A stretch of DNA of 61,522 nucleotides, counting the filler. It is 8 parts of 8 records of this genome, joined end to end, with 100 filler letters (N's around TTAATTAATTAA, not from the genome) between each part and the next. Parts side by side here need not be neighbours in the genome. Positions count along the whole stretch, not along the records: positions 6,793 to 13,114 come from SRR31147125_54470; positions 13,215 to 22,138 come from SRR31147125_54587; 6 more parts are not named here. One strand, given 5' to 3'. The position numbers and the translations under genes were made by a program. The notes under the pieces were generated by a model, which worked only from the letters and a program-made list of their open reading frames with translations, made no database searches and was not told the origin of the DNA. Position 1 is the first letter of the stretch, and every line of letters begins with the position of its first letter. This document shows positions 9,814 to 20,717 of the stretch, piece after piece.

Positions 9814-11397
9814 ATGGCCATACTGCTTAGCGGCGTATCGATGCCGCTTAGTGCAGATGACAACGAAATACGCGTGGCAACGGCAAAGCGGCTCGGCGTA
9901 GACGCAGAAGATATTGATACGCTGCGCATCAAAAGGCAGTCGCTCGATTCGCGCAAAAAGGACATTCGGTTTGTGTATACAATACATATTACGCTGCGTG
10001 ACGCGGCAAAGCAAAAGCGGCTTGAAGCGCGGTACGGTGCGGCACGGGCGTTTACGCCAGAAGAGATTGTATACGGGACACAGAATGCACAACGCGTCGT
10101 TGTGGTTGGAGCGGGGCCGTGTGGGTTGTTCGCCGCATATGAGCTTGCTATGCACGGATATAAACCGCTGCTGATTGAGCGCGGGCAGGATATGCCGCAG
10201 CGCGAAGCGGATGTTGTAAGGCTGACAAAGCAGGGTATACTTTGTGAAGAAAGCAATATCTGTTTTGGCGCGGGCGGCGCGGGCGCATTTTCGGACGGCA
10301 AATTGACGACGCGTATCAAGGACGGCCGCTCCGAGATCGTACTGAAAACGCTTTATGAATGCGGTGCGCCGGAGGAGATTTTAACGCTTGCTAAGCCGCA
10401 CATGGGTACGGAGAATATCCGAGCGGCGGTGACAGCGTTGACCGAAAGAATTGAGACGCTCGGCGGCGAGGTGAGCTTTGGCGCGAAGCTGACGGATATC
10501 TGTGTACGGGACGGAAAAGTCCGTGGCATTACGTATATACAAAGCGGCAAAACGGATAAGATCGATACAAATGCATTGATTCTTGCCATCGGGCACAGTG
10601 CGCGGGATACGTATATGATGCTTCGCGGCTGCGGTGTGCAGATGGTGCAAAAGCCGTTTGCTGTGGGGCTGAGAATTGAGCACAAACGTGAGATGATCGA
10701 TCGTGTACAGTACGGCAAGGCGTTTGGGCACCCGCGGCTGGGTGCGGCAGAATACCGCTTGACCGCAAAGCACGAAGGCAGGGGAGTGTACGTTTTGCAT
10801 GTGCCGGGCGGCGAGGTCGTTTGCAGCGCGACGGAGGCTGGCGGCGTGGCCGTCAATGGCATGAGCTACTACGCGCGCGACGCTGAAAACTCTAACAGTG
10901 CGGTCGTTATCAGTGTGAATCCAAACGACTTCGGTGACGATCCGCTCGATGGTATTGCGTTTCAGCGGCACATGGAACGCGCATCATATGCGATTACGGG
11001 TGGCTACGGTGCGCCCGTACAGACTTTGGGCGACTTTGTATCAGGTAAAGCAACGACGCAATTCGGCGATGTTGTACCATCGTATCGGCCGTATACAACG
11101 ATGAGCAATCTGCACACGTGCCTGCCGGATTTTGTATCGGCAGGGATTTCAACGGGATTGATAGCGTTTGGCTGCAAGCTAGCAGGCTTTGATACGCCGG
11201 ATGCGGTGCTGATTGCGCCTGAGACACGGACGTCGTCGCCCGTGCGGCTGCCGCGCGGCGATGATTTTCAGTCGGTCAGCGTGAAGGGGCTGTATCCCGC
11301 TGGGGAGGGCGCAGGCTATGCCGGCGGCATTGTTTCGGCAGCAGTGGATGGTATTCGCTGTGCCGAGGCGCTGATGGAGACGTTTGCGCGTCCTTAA
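9814..11397 (+). CDS. FAD-dependent oxidoreductase (COG2509-like)
   Basis: VVVGAGPCG dinucleotide motif, GGAGAFSDGKL, ETRTSSP, GEGAGYAGGIVSAAVDG; ATG 9814 with AAGGA SD. Confidence 0.9.
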   Translation: MAILLSGVSMPLSADDNEIRVATAKRLGVDAEDIDTLRIKRQSLDSRKKDIRFVYTIHITLRDAAKQKRLEARYGAARAFTPEEIVYGTQNAQRVVVVGAGPCGLFAAYELAMHGYKPLLIERGQDMPQREADVVRLTKQGILCEESNICFGAGGAGAFSDGKLTTRIKDGRSEIVLKTLYECGAPEEILTLAKPHMGTENIRAAVTALTERIETLGGEVSFGAKLTDICVRDGKVRGITYIQSGKTDKIDTNALILAIGHSARDTYMMLRGCGVQMVQKPFAVGLRIEHKREMIDRVQYGKAFGHPRLGAAEYRLTAKHEGRGVYVLHVPGGEVVCSATEAGGVAVNGMSYYARDAENSNSAVVISVNPNDFGDDPLDGIAFQRHMERASYAITGGYGAPVQTLGDFVSGKATTQFGDVVPSYRPYTTMSNLHTCLPDFVSAGISTGLIAFGCKLAGFDTPDAVLIAPETRTSSPVRLPRGDDFQSVSVKGLYPAGEGAGYAGGIVSAAVDGIRCAEALMETFARP

Positions 11398-11411
11398 GTT
11401 AAAGGAGAGAT

Positions 11412-12092
11412 ATGAAACGAATCACGGTGCTGCTTGGTAACTACGGCAGCGGAAAAACCGAGCTGGCGTTGAATATGGCGCTTGCGGCAAGAGGGAGCGG
11501 CGAAGACGTAACGCTTGTGGATCTCGATATTGTTAACCCGTATTTTCGCTCGTCTGAGTATCGCGCGATGCTCGAAGAAAAGGGTGTGCGCGTTGTTGCG
11601 CCGGTGTACGCAAACACGGCGGTCGATCTGCCCACGCTTCCGCCCGACGTGTTTACTGCGTTTGACGCACAGCGTGCAGTATTTGACTGCGGCGGCGACG
11701 CGGTGGGTGCATCGGCGCTTGGCAGCCTGAAAACGCGGTTCGACGCGGTGCGTGACGAGACACAGATGCTGTTTGTTGTCAACACAATGCGCCCGTTTCA
11801 GCAGCGCACGGGTGAGATTAACGAAAGCCTGGCAAAAATACAACAAAGCGCACGGGTGCAAGCGGACGGCATCGTGCTGAATACTAACCTTGGCGTCGGG
11901 TCACAAGGCGATGAGCTTGTGCGCGGCTTTGAGATTGCGCAGGCGTTTGCGTCGCAGGCGGGGCTGCCGATCGTTGCGGTGAGCGGCATAGACCGTGCAA
12001 TCCGCGCATTCAAAAACGAATATCCGAGCTTTGATGGAGAATATATCTGTATGGAGCTCTACACGCGGCCTGAATGGCTTTCTGACACCTGA
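11412..12092 (+). CDS. P-loop ATP-binding protein, conserved clostridial type
   Basis: GNYGSGKTE Walker A; DLDIVNPYFRS motif; AAGGAG SD. Confidence 0.85.
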   Translation: MKRITVLLGNYGSGKTELALNMALAARGSGEDVTLVDLDIVNPYFRSSEYRAMLEEKGVRVVAPVYANTAVDLPTLPPDVFTAFDAQRAVFDCGGDAVGASALGSLKTRFDAVRDETQMLFVVNTMRPFQQRTGEINESLAKIQQSARVQADGIVLNTNLGVGSQGDELVRGFEIAQAFASQAGLPIVAVSGIDRAIRAFKNEYPSFDGEYICMELYTRPEWLSDT

Positions 12093-12111
12093 TGACATAG
12101 TGTTGAAAAGG

Positions 12112-12139
12112 TTGACAAAAAACGGGTTGCGTTTATCAT
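12112..12139 (+). promoter_or_regulatory. sigma-A type promoter for cysteine synthase
   Basis: TTGACA-N16-TATCAT. Confidence 0.55.
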
Positions 12140-12182
12140 AGAGCTTGAGACATGGAATTTTAACAGATTGAGTAAGGGGCAT

Positions 12183-13079
12183 ATGGAATCAAAAACAAGT
12201 ATACTGGAGACGATCGGCAACACACCGCTTGTCAAAATCAATAGACTTTGCACCAAAGAAGGCGTGGATATTTACGCCAAGGTGGAAGGAACGAACCCGA
12301 CGGGAAGCATCAAAGACCGTATTGCGCTAAAAATGATCGAGCAGGCGGAGAATAACGGTGAACTAAAAAAAGGGAAAACGATTATTGAGCCGACATCCGG
12401 CAACACGGGCATTGCGCTTGCGATGATCGGCGCGGTCAAGGGTTACAGCGTCGAGATCGTAATGAGCGAGGCGGTGTCTATTGAGCGGCGCAAGATGATC
12501 GCGGCATTCGGCGCAAAGGTAACGCTGACTGACCCGGATCAAGGTACGGACGGCGCGATTTGCAAGGCGAGAAAGCTGGTTGCAGATTACCCGGACAAAT
12601 ACTTCATGCCAGATCAGTTTACCAACAAGTATAACAAGATAGCGCACTATTCGACAACGGCGGAAGAGATGATAAAAGATACGGTTGGGCGTATTACGCA
12701 CTTTGTGTCGGCTGTCGGTACGTCGGGTACGCTAATGGGCACGGCGAAGCGCTTAAAGGAGCTTAACCCGGATATCAAAGTGGTTGAGGCGCATCCTGAA
12801 AAAGGTCACTATATCCAAGGCCTTAAAAATATGAGCGAAGCGATTGTGCCAGAAATCTATGATCCGTCCAGGATTGACATCTCGATCATGATTGACTCGG
12901 AAGAGGCGTTTGACACGGCACGGCGCATTGTGCGCGAGGAGGGCATCTTTGTAGGAATGTCGTCCGGCGCGGCGATGCTGGCGGCATTGAAGGTCGCGGA
13001 TATGATCGATAAGGGTGTAATCGTGTGCATCTTCCCCGATCGGGGCGAGAAGTACCTTAGCACGTCGTTGTTTGAGTAA
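12183..13079 (+). CDS. cysK: cysteine synthase (CysK/CysM family, PLP-dependent)
   Basis: IGNTPLV, NPTGSIKDR (PLP lysine), EPTSGNTG, GTSGT, PDRGEKYLS. Confidence 0.88.
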   Translation: MESKTSILETIGNTPLVKINRLCTKEGVDIYAKVEGTNPTGSIKDRIALKMIEQAENNGELKKGKTIIEPTSGNTGIALAMIGAVKGYSVEIVMSEAVSIERRKMIAAFGAKVTLTDPDQGTDGAICKARKLVADYPDKYFMPDQFTNKYNKIAHYSTTAEEMIKDTVGRITHFVSAVGTSGTLMGTAKRLKELNPDIKVVEAHPEKGHYIQGLKNMSEAIVPEIYDPSRIDISIMIDSEEAFDTARRIVREEGIFVGMSSGAAMLAALKVADMIDKGVIVCIFPDRGEKYLSTSLFE

Positions 13080-13087
13080 GGGAATAA

Positions 13088-13112
13088 GTCAAAACCGAAT
13101 TTTGGTTTTGAC
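13088..13112 (+). terminator. stem-loop after cysteine synthase
   Basis: GTCAAAACC-N7-GGTTTTGAC. Confidence 0.5.
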
Positions 13113-13114
13113 GG

Positions 13115-13214
13115 NNNNNNNNNNNNNNNNNNNNNNNNNNNNNNNNNNNNNNNNNNNNTTAATTAATTAANNNNNNNNNNNNNNNNNNNNNNNNNNNNNN
13201 NNNNNNNNNNNNNN
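13115..13214. other. artificial contig spacer
   Basis: N44-TTAATTAATTAA-N44. Confidence 0.99.
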
Positions 13215-14015
13215 GGTATTTCGCTCAAGACAGAAGGTATCTCGTATATTGCTGGAGCAGAGTTGCCTGCAGTTATAATTGACATTATGCGTGCTGGCCA
13301 AGGGCTTGGTAATATCGGGGCGGAACAATCTGACTATAATCAGGTTGTCAAAGGTGGCGGTCATGGTAATTATAAATGTATTGTACTTGCGCCAAACAGT
13401 GTGCAGGAGATGTGCGACTTTACATATAAAGCTTTTGAACTTGCGCAGAAATATCGTAACCCAGTAGTTGTACTTGCTGACGGTGTGCTTGGACAGATGA
13501 TTGAACCGCTCAAATATCCTGAGGTGGCAGTTGAACCGAAAAAAGATAAATCATGGGCTGTTTGCGGAGATAAAGAGACAAGAGAGAATCTTATCACTAG
13601 TATTTATCTCAATTTTGATGAACTGGAAGAGTATAATAATAAGCTGCAAGAAAAGTATAGAAATATCGAAGACAATGAAGTTGATTTTGAAACATATATG
13701 GTAGATGATGCAGAGACAGTAATAGTCTCTTATGGTATCAGTAGCCGTATTAGTAAGAGTGCAGTTGATGAAGCAAGAAAACAGGGTAAGAAGGTAGGGC
13801 TGTTCCGTCTGAAAACTCTCTTCCCATTCCCTAAAAAACAGCTTATGGAGCTTGCTGAAAGAGTTGATGAATTTGTTGCTGTTGAAATGAGTAATGGTCA
13901 GATGATAGATGACGTTAAGCTGGCTATTGAATGTAAAAAGCCGGTAAAGCTTGTCAACCGCCTCGGTGGTAACCTGCTTACTCTTGATCAGATTTTGACT
14001 GGTCTGGGATTGTAG
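13215..14015 (+). CDS. vorB: 2-oxoacid:ferredoxin oxidoreductase alpha subunit, VorB-type (5' truncated)
   Basis: frame open from contig edge ([18 protein letters not shown]); [22 protein letters not shown]. Confidence 0.85.
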   Translation, partial: GISLKTEGISYIAGAELPAVIIDIMRAGQGLGNIGAEQSDYNQVVKGGGHGNYKCIVLAPNSVQEMCDFTYKAFELAQKYRNPVVVLADGVLGQMIEPLKYPEVAVEPKKDKSWAVCGDKETRENLITSIYLNFDELEEYNNKLQEKYRNIEDNEVDFETYMVDDAETVIVSYGISSRISKSAVDEARKQGKKVGLFRLKTLFPFPKKQLMELAERVDEFVAVEMSNGQMIDDVKLAIECKKPVKLVNRLGGNLLTLDQILTGLGL

Positions 14016-14078
14016 CTTTTATCTCTGTCTTCAAATTCTGCTTAATTAATATAAATAAAACTCATGGAGTATATAGAT

Positions 14079-15511
14079 ATGGAAAATGTATTGAAAAAAC
14101 CTGATTCTTTATATAAAGAATTTACCAGAAAAGGTGGTGCTGCACCGACCGCTACACACTATTGTCAGGGGTGTGGGCATGGTATATTGCATAAACTTAT
14201 CGGTGAAGCTATGGATGAGCTCGGCATTCAGGATCGCTGTGTTATGATAAGCCCTGTAGGGTGTTCAGTATTTGCTTACTACTATTTTGACTGTGGTAAT
14301 ATGCAGGTTGCTCATGGTAGAGCACCGGCTGTCGGTACTGGTATCTCACGTGCTGAGAATAATGCAATTGTTATGAGTTATCAGGGTGATGGTGACCTTG
14401 CGTCTATCGGTCTCAACGAGACTATGCAGGCTGCCAACCGTGGTGAGAAGATGGTTGTGTTCTTTGTCAATAATACAGTATATGGTATGACTGGTGGGCA
14501 GATGGCTCCGACTACGCTTATTGGTGAGAAGACAGTGACAAGTCCAAATGGGCGTGATCCGATTCAGGCTGGTTATCCTACTCATATGTGTGAGCTTATT
14601 AATGAGTTGAATGCTCCTGTATATATTGAGCGTGTATCTCTAGCTGATATTGGTCGTATCCGTAAAGCAAAGAATGTTGTGCGGAAGGCGCTTGAGGTGC
14701 AGCGTGAAGGCAAGGGGTATGCTTTTGTTGAAGTGCTTGCTCCATGTCCGAATAATCTTAAACAGGATGTCCACGCAGCAACTGACTTTATTATTAATCA
14801 GATGGAAAAAGAGTATCCGGTAAAGAATTTCCGTGATAAAGTTGAGAATACAGCACATATTGAGCGTCCTGAAAGCGATTTTTCTAAAGACAAGCTGGAA
14901 GAGATATTTGGTATTCAGGGATCTAAAGATAAAGATAACAGTGCGGCTGCAAAGCGTGGAACTCTGCAGGTTAAGATTGCTGGTTTTGGTGGTCAGGGTG
15001 TGCTTAGTATGGGTATTGTCCTTGCCAGAGCTGCCTGCGAAGAGGGCGCTGACGTTTCATGGTATCCTTCATACGATTACATGAGCAGCGAGGTGGAACT
15101 TCCAATTGTTCAGTAGTTATATCAGGAGAATCAATCGGTTCACCGGTTGTCTATCATCCAGACGTACTAATTGTTATGAATCGTCCGTCATATGATAAGT
15201 TTGCGCAGGATGTAAATCCTGGTGGCGTTATTCTCTGTGACGCATCAATTGGTGAAGTACCGCCTGCAAAAGATGGAGTAAGTGTCTACTCAATTCCTGC
15301 TGTGGAGATTGCGACAGAAAACGGCTCAGCAAAAGCATCAAATACGGCAATGCTCGGAGCTCTTACTGCATTGGTAGATACAGAACTAAGTACTGGAGCA
15401 TTCCTCAAAGCTATGGCTGATAACTTTGCTGGTAAGACTCATCTGCTTGATATCAATGCCAAGGTGCTTGAGGCTGCTTCTGATTGGGTAGACGATAATA
15501 TCAGTAAGTAG
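14079..15511 (+). CDS. 2-oxoacid:ferredoxin oxidoreductase beta-gamma fusion subunit, frameshift near 15075
   Basis: CQGCGHG, GDGD TPP motif, YGMTGGQ; then gamma AGFGGQGV and [14 protein letters not shown] split across two frames. Confidence 0.85.
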
Positions 15512-15560
15512 TGAAGTCGCTAATTGTATTAACTAGTGCGGTATAAAATATAGTATATTT

Positions 15561-15586
15561 GAGGGATATGGTTTACTGTATCCCTC
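15561..15586 (+). terminator. stem-loop after oxidoreductase operon
   Basis: GAGGGATATGG-TTTA-CTGTATCCCTC. Confidence 0.5.
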
Positions 15587-15710
15587 TGAATATTTTGGAT
15601 GAAATAATTGCTCTATATGAGGCTTTCCTGAACTTTTGCAGTGCGGGAGAATGAGTCCGGTATGGAATGATATTTATTGTTTTATATGGTTGTAGAATCA
15701 GGGTTTGTGC

Positions 15711-16595
15711 ATGAAGTATTATGTTCGCTATCTTCTTTTACGTCTGGTTATGTTTTCTACTTCTGTACTTCCACAGCGTTACGCATATTGGGTTTCGCTC
15801 AGGATTGCAGATCTGGGATATTTTCTAGGTGATCGCAATGGCAGAAAAGCGGTTATCAGAAATCTCCGTCAGGTACTTCCTGATGAATCAGAGCGTAGAA
15901 TCATCTATGAAGCAAGATGGGTTTTTCGTAATTGGGGAAAATACTTTACAGAGTTTTTTCGCTTTAGTTCTTATGATAAAGACTTTTTTCTGCGTCATGT
16001 CTCTACAATTAATTTTGATGTCATAACCGAGGCCTTGAAGAAAGGCAGAGGATGTATGATAATGTCTGCTCATGTCTCTAATTGGGAATTGGGTGCGGCA
16101 TATCTGGCTGTGCGGATGGGTCTTCAGGTAAATGTTGTGGCAGCGCATCATCCTTCAGAGAGGCTTGATAAGCTTTTTTTTGCAGAGCGCAAAGCTATGG
16201 GTGTCAATGTTATTTATGTTGAAGAAGCAGGAAGAAAAGTCCTTAGGGCTCTCAAAAATAATGAAGTTGTTTGTATTCTGAGTGATCGTGATGTTGGAGG
16301 ATTCGGAGTAGATGTTGATTTCTTCGGACGTAAGTGCAGATTTCCGCAAGGTGCAGTGCGTCTGGGTATTAAGAGTAAAGCTGCATGTATTCCTGGGTTT
16401 GTAATGCGCAGAACCAACGATAGTTTTGTTATTGATTTTAAAGAACCTCTAGAATTTCCTGCTGAGATGAATAAAGAAGAGAAGGTCACCTCTGGTCTGC
16501 AGAAATTTGCTTATTATCTTGAAGAGACAATTAGCAGGCATCCAGAAGAATGGCCGGTATTTTATGATGTCTGGGATGAGAAGTGGGAAGTATAA
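15711..16595 (+). CDS. LpxL/PatA-family lipid acyltransferase
   Basis: SAHVSNWE (HxxxxE), ILSDRD, VDFFG, HPEEW. Confidence 0.85.
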   Translation: MKYYVRYLLLRLVMFSTSVLPQRYAYWVSLRIADLGYFLGDRNGRKAVIRNLRQVLPDESERRIIYEARWVFRNWGKYFTEFFRFSSYDKDFFLRHVSTINFDVITEALKKGRGCMIMSAHVSNWELGAAYLAVRMGLQVNVVAAHHPSERLDKLFFAERKAMGVNVIYVEEAGRKVLRALKNNEVVCILSDRDVGGFGVDVDFFGRKCRFPQGAVRLGIKSKAACIPGFVMRRTNDSFVIDFKEPLEFPAEMNKEEKVTSGLQKFAYYLEETISRHPEEWPVFYDVWDEKWEV

Positions 16596-16661
16596 GTGTA
16601 ATTTTTAAATATTTGGAGCTATTATTGGGTCTCTCTCAGTTGTTATGGAAAGAAATTAGAA

Positions 16662-17327
16662 ATGAAATTGTGTGCTCTTATCCCTGCTTATAATGAAGGG
16701 GATTATATATATGAGGTTATCTGCAGGTGTAGAGGGCATATTACAGATATCCTAGTATATGATGATGGTTCTACTGATAATACTGCTGCAGAGGCTCGCC
16801 GGGCTGGGGCTGAGGTTGTCGGTAGAAAAGAGAATAAAGGTAAGGGGTATACACTGATAGAGGGTTTTGATCTGCTGGTTGAGCGTGGGTATGATGGTAT
16901 TATCGCCCTTGATGCAGATGGGCAGCATATGCCTGAAGAGATCCCACTCTTTATTGAAGCAGCTGAGAACGGTGCAGATATTGCTATCGGTAACAGGATG
17001 TATGAGCGTAAGACCATGCCAGTTGTCAATTGGTATACCAATGTTATTACCAGTCTGGTGATATCTATGCTTGCCCGCAGACGTATTCATGATTCACAGG
17101 TTGGTTACCGCTTTATCCGCAGTAGTGTCTGGCAGAAAATAAAAGGCAGAATAGTCAGCAGGAACTTTGAGTTTGAGGGTGAAATGTTGGTTGCTGCAGG
17201 GAGAACGGGACATAAAATTGTCGATGTACCTATTGAGACAGTCTACGGAACTGAGGTCAGTAAGATTAGTCCATTGCTGGATACTTGGCGTTTTATTAAG
17301 ATGGCTTGTCGACTGCTGGTATCATGA
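16662..17327 (+). CDS. glycosyltransferase family 2 (DPM1-like)
   Basis: IPAYNE, DDGSTD, DADGQH, DSQVGYR. Confidence 0.92.
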   Translation: MKLCALIPAYNEGDYIYEVICRCRGHITDILVYDDGSTDNTAAEARRAGAEVVGRKENKGKGYTLIEGFDLLVERGYDGIIALDADGQHMPEEIPLFIEAAENGADIAIGNRMYERKTMPVVNWYTNVITSLVISMLARRRIHDSQVGYRFIRSSVWQKIKGRIVSRNFEFEGEMLVAAGRTGHKIVDVPIETVYGTEVSKISPLLDTWRFIKMACRLLVS

Positions 17328-17600
17328 TAAACTATTACTACTCTGATTTACAGACAGCTCATAACAGTAATACGGTAGAAGGTTCAATCGTTTTCATAAG
17401 TACTGTTATTTAAGTCTGTATGAGTTTGAATAATCTTATGCAGCGATATGAGCATAATTTTATTATATAGTAGTTTTATCCAGTTATATTTCCTAATGGT
17501 TTAAAAATAATACGTTAAAAATTGAATTTTTAATTGCTGAAAAATGATATTCTGGTATAAATAGAATATCATAGTAGTTTAAAAAATGGTTAGGATGCTT

Positions 17601-17990
17601 ATGAAACAGTGCAGATATTATATACTTTTCTTTCTAATCTCCTTCTCTGCTTTTGCAGGTAGTGAGTCAATCAATACCAGACCAGTTGTAAAAAACCTGA
17701 TCACATCACTCAACTACAATAAATATGATAATTTTCTTAAGGATGGTTCGCTCAAATGGCGGAAGTTCATGAATCGTGGGCGTTATAACAAACTACGGAC
17801 TGAGATGCTCAGTTATATTGGGCATATTGTAGGATGGAAATTTGTCTCGCTTAATACTAAAGGAAAACTACATAACTTTACCTATAAACTATTTGGTGAA
17901 AATGAAAATATTGGCTTGTATATGCGCTTACAGGTCTATAAGCATAACAATAAGGTTCTGGTAAATAATGTAGCGTTTGTCAAACGCTGA
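17601..17990 (+). CDS. hypothetical secreted basic protein
   Basis: signal peptide ending SAFA; convergent and abutting 17991. Confidence 0.6.
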   Translation: MKQCRYYILFFLISFSAFAGSESINTRPVVKNLITSLNYNKYDNFLKDGSLKWRKFMNRGRYNKLRTEMLSYIGHIVGWKFVSLNTKGKLHNFTYKLFGENENIGLYMRLQVYKHNNKVLVNNVAFVKR

Positions 17991-19163
17991 TTATTCATTA
18001 ATACCGAGTCTGCGGGATAATTCCTGCAATGCCAGCAGTATCCTTTCCTGTGTCTTCTTGTCAGCTAGAATAAGTAGATTTCCACTTTTGTTATGATAGA
18101 TAATACTTGCCAGTGGATCAAACCATGCTTGTGGGGCTATTCTTAGTAGAAGTTCTTCTGCTATTTTCTCACCCGGAATTTTCTGATTCAACTTGCGTAT
18201 ATTATAAGAAATCATTTCAATATTATCAATCCAGAGAAAAGATCTGGGAGTCATTTCAGTCCATTTTGCTCCCTGTTTGCTCAGCCATATACCATTTGGC
18301 AGAGAGATTTCCACTCCGGTAAAATCTGTCTTGTTTATTATGCTTTCAATTACTTCTTTGAGGGTAACTCTGCCAAGTTTGAGAGAAAGCTTGGGTAAGT
18401 TGTTTTTGTCAGGAAAATACAGGCTGCTAAAACCTATATTGATGTCAAAGTCTTTCTCAAGCTTGCGGATGATCTCAATAAATGACATATAGGGGTAGTT
18501 GATATCTCTGACTGTATGGATTTTTTTTATAAATTTATCAAGTTCAGGATGCGTAAAGATCTCTTTTGAGAAGATATTTTTCCCTTGTTTTGTACACTCA
18601 ATAACCAGATTATGAAAGAGTGGTTTGAGATCTTTTGGAGTATGGGCGACCAGTTTGGTTATTTCTCCCTGTTGCTCTATACGGGCATAATAATTATCAT
18701 CAAAGAGCGATATTATTTTAGTGATTTCAGAAAGAATCTGATCAAAATTATCTAGTTCTGAATTCTGCTGAGTCAGATTGCTGATATCGAGAAAGAGCAT
18801 GCCAAACTGATTACTGGCTATCCATTCGTAACAATCTGAAAGATAGACTCTGCCATCTTTAAAAATGCGATAATGGGTGTTTACAGTGCCGGAGAGCCAC
18901 TCCAGCAGCTGCCTCACCTTCATGTCTTTGACTGATAGATAGATTTTAGTAGTTGAGAGTCTGTTGTCTGCAGTCAGAGACTTGAGCGGGATAATTTCCA
19001 GTCTGGTCTTTGCCGATATTTGCTGGAGTGCTTCTTCTAGTGATATACCTGTCAGCTCAAGGGTGATTTGTTTTTCTAGCTCTTTATGTAGATCTGGCTC
19101 AGTAGCATAAATAGTTGTATTGAATATGAATACGATAAATAATATATAATAAAGGTTCTTCAT
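17991..19163 (-). CDS. secreted protein with STN/secretin N-domain-like repeats
   Basis: signal peptide; ITLELTGISLEEALQQIS and LSLKLGRVTLKEVIESI segments; C-terminal GNLLILADKKTQERI N-domain-like motif. Confidence 0.6.
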   Translation of the reverse strand: MKNLYYILFIVFIFNTTIYATEPDLHKELEKQITLELTGISLEEALQQISAKTRLEIIPLKSLTADNRLSTTKIYLSVKDMKVRQLLEWLSGTVNTHYRIFKDGRVYLSDCYEWIASNQFGMLFLDISNLTQQNSELDNFDQILSEITKIISLFDDNYYARIEQQGEITKLVAHTPKDLKPLFHNLVIECTKQGKNIFSKEIFTHPELDKFIKKIHTVRDINYPYMSFIEIIRKLEKDFDINIGFSSLYFPDKNNLPKLSLKLGRVTLKEVIESIINKTDFTGVEISLPNGIWLSKQGAKWTEMTPRSFLWIDNIEMISYNIRKLNQKIPGEKIAEELLLRIAPQAWFDPLASIIYHNKSGNLLILADKKTQERILLALQELSRRLGINE

Positions 19164-19346
19164 AATTATATCATTTATCCTTCTAAAAGATTGAAAATTT
19201 AGTTTAATAGTCGATGAAAATTTTGTATTTTAGAATTATGTCTCTAGATAATTCTTAATAATATTCAATATTGATTATTCATATTATAGTTTTCAGTCAG
19301 ATAAATAATAGCAGATTTTCAGATTAGAGTAAAATTTTTACTCGGT

Positions 19347-20717
19347 TTACTGGAGTTCTTTGAGAAGTTCCTGAGCCTGAGCAGTATATGGACTATTCGG
19401 ATGGAGCTGCCCGTAACTGCCACTATTTTTACCTGTCAGTTCTTCAAGGCATATGCGGGATAAATGAATGTTCTCCATCATTTTGCAGGCTTCGTAACAG
19501 TTGAGTAGAGCCTTACCTGCCAGGTCAGGGTTTTTTGACAGAATACCGACTTGCATCAGTTTTGCTGCCGCTTCCTGCTGATTATTGAGTTCGAGTGCGA
19601 TCATTCCCTGTTCATAGATAATATTATAATATAATGGATCAGAAAGGTTGGTTTTCAACTGATTGAGTATGGTTAATGCAGACAAACTGCTGCCTAGTTT
19701 ACGCAGAGTATGAGCATTTGCATAATCTGCAAGTCTATTCAGGTAATCAATCTGAGCGATACTGCTTTGCGCTTCAAGAAGATCTTTTTTGATAAGAGGG
19801 TAATTGCTGAGAGCATAATGAAATTCACGGCTTGCTGTAAGTATTTCGCATAAATCCTTGCGGGCTATGGCAGCAAGCATAGGGGAGTCAGCCTGTCTGA
19901 TAATCTTATTCAGTAGCTTTCTGGCGATATTAAGCTCACGGATTTCACCGAAATAACTGGCAAGCCAGAGCATATTGACTGCAGGATAATCGTAATTATC
20001 ATTTATAAGAGAAAGCATCAGCTCTGCAGCTTGTCCAGTTTTATCAGTCTTTAAATATATTACAGCTTTATTTATCTTAGCCTGCCTGGTGATATCCTGA
20101 TTAGTATTAGTAGCAATTACAGCATCATATAGCTGCTCTGCCTCGGCAAAATTATTGAGTGTCTGTCTGTACCAGCCCTGCCAGAAGAGGAATTGTGGAA
20201 TTAGGTCTGATGCAGGAAAGAGAGTCGTAAACTCGCTGATAGTATAATCCGCATTTTGGAGTTGACCAAGTCTGGCGAAACAGAAAATTTTATTGCTTTG
20301 AATTACCTCTTGATCAGTCAGAGTGAGTAAAGGTTCCTTCTCCAGCCTGTATAGAAGGAATAATGCTTGAGGGTACTCATTGATATTGATCAGGATATTG
20401 ATTAGCTTTTTGGTTATAAAGACCGTGAATTCCGACTCAGGGAAATTTTCCAGAAAGTAAGTATACCCTGCAGCAGCAGCAGGTAGATTGCTCTGTGCTG
20501 CTTCTGACATAGCATAATAGCAGGCCGCTTTTCTCTGCAACTCAGGTACTGTGGTAGAATCTCTGAATGCTTTGAATAGCTTTGCCGCCTGTGTGTAATC
20601 ATCTGCCTGATAAAAATGCAGAGCCTGAGCATAACTGGTTTCATCAGAGTGTGAAGTCGGGATAAATTCAGCTATAATTATTACTGAGGCTGTAAGTAGC
20701 AGCAGTAGTTTTTTCAT
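19347..20717 (-). CDS. tetratricopeptide-repeat exported protein
   Basis: true start MKKLLLLLTAS at 20717 (signal peptide); repeated helical TPR-like units. Confidence 0.75.
   Translation of the reverse strand: MKKLLLLLTASVIIIAEFIPTSHSDETSYAQALHFYQADDYTQAAKLFKAFRDSTTVPELQRKAACYYAMSEAAQSNLPAAAAGYTYFLENFPESEFTVFITKKLINILININEYPQALFLLYRLEKEPLLTLTDQEVIQSNKIFCFARLGQLQNADYTISEFTTLFPASDLIPQFLFWQGWYRQTLNNFAEAEQLYDAVIATNTNQDITRQAKINKAVIYLKTDKTGQAAELMLSLINDNYDYPAVNMLWLASYFGEIRELNIARKLLNKIIRQADSPMLAAIARKDLCEILTASREFHYALSNYPLIKKDLLEAQSSIAQIDYLNRLADYANAHTLRKLGSSLSALTILNQLKTNLSDPLYYNIIYEQGMIALELNNQQEAAAKLMQVGILSKNPDLAGKALLNCYEACKMMENIHLSRICLEELTGKNSGSYGQLHPNSPYTAQAQELLKELQ

Noticed and set aside
11412-15511. 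P-loop protein linked to the 2-oxoacid oxidoreductase genes
   Set aside because: A spacer at 13115-13214 and a clear change in composition separate them
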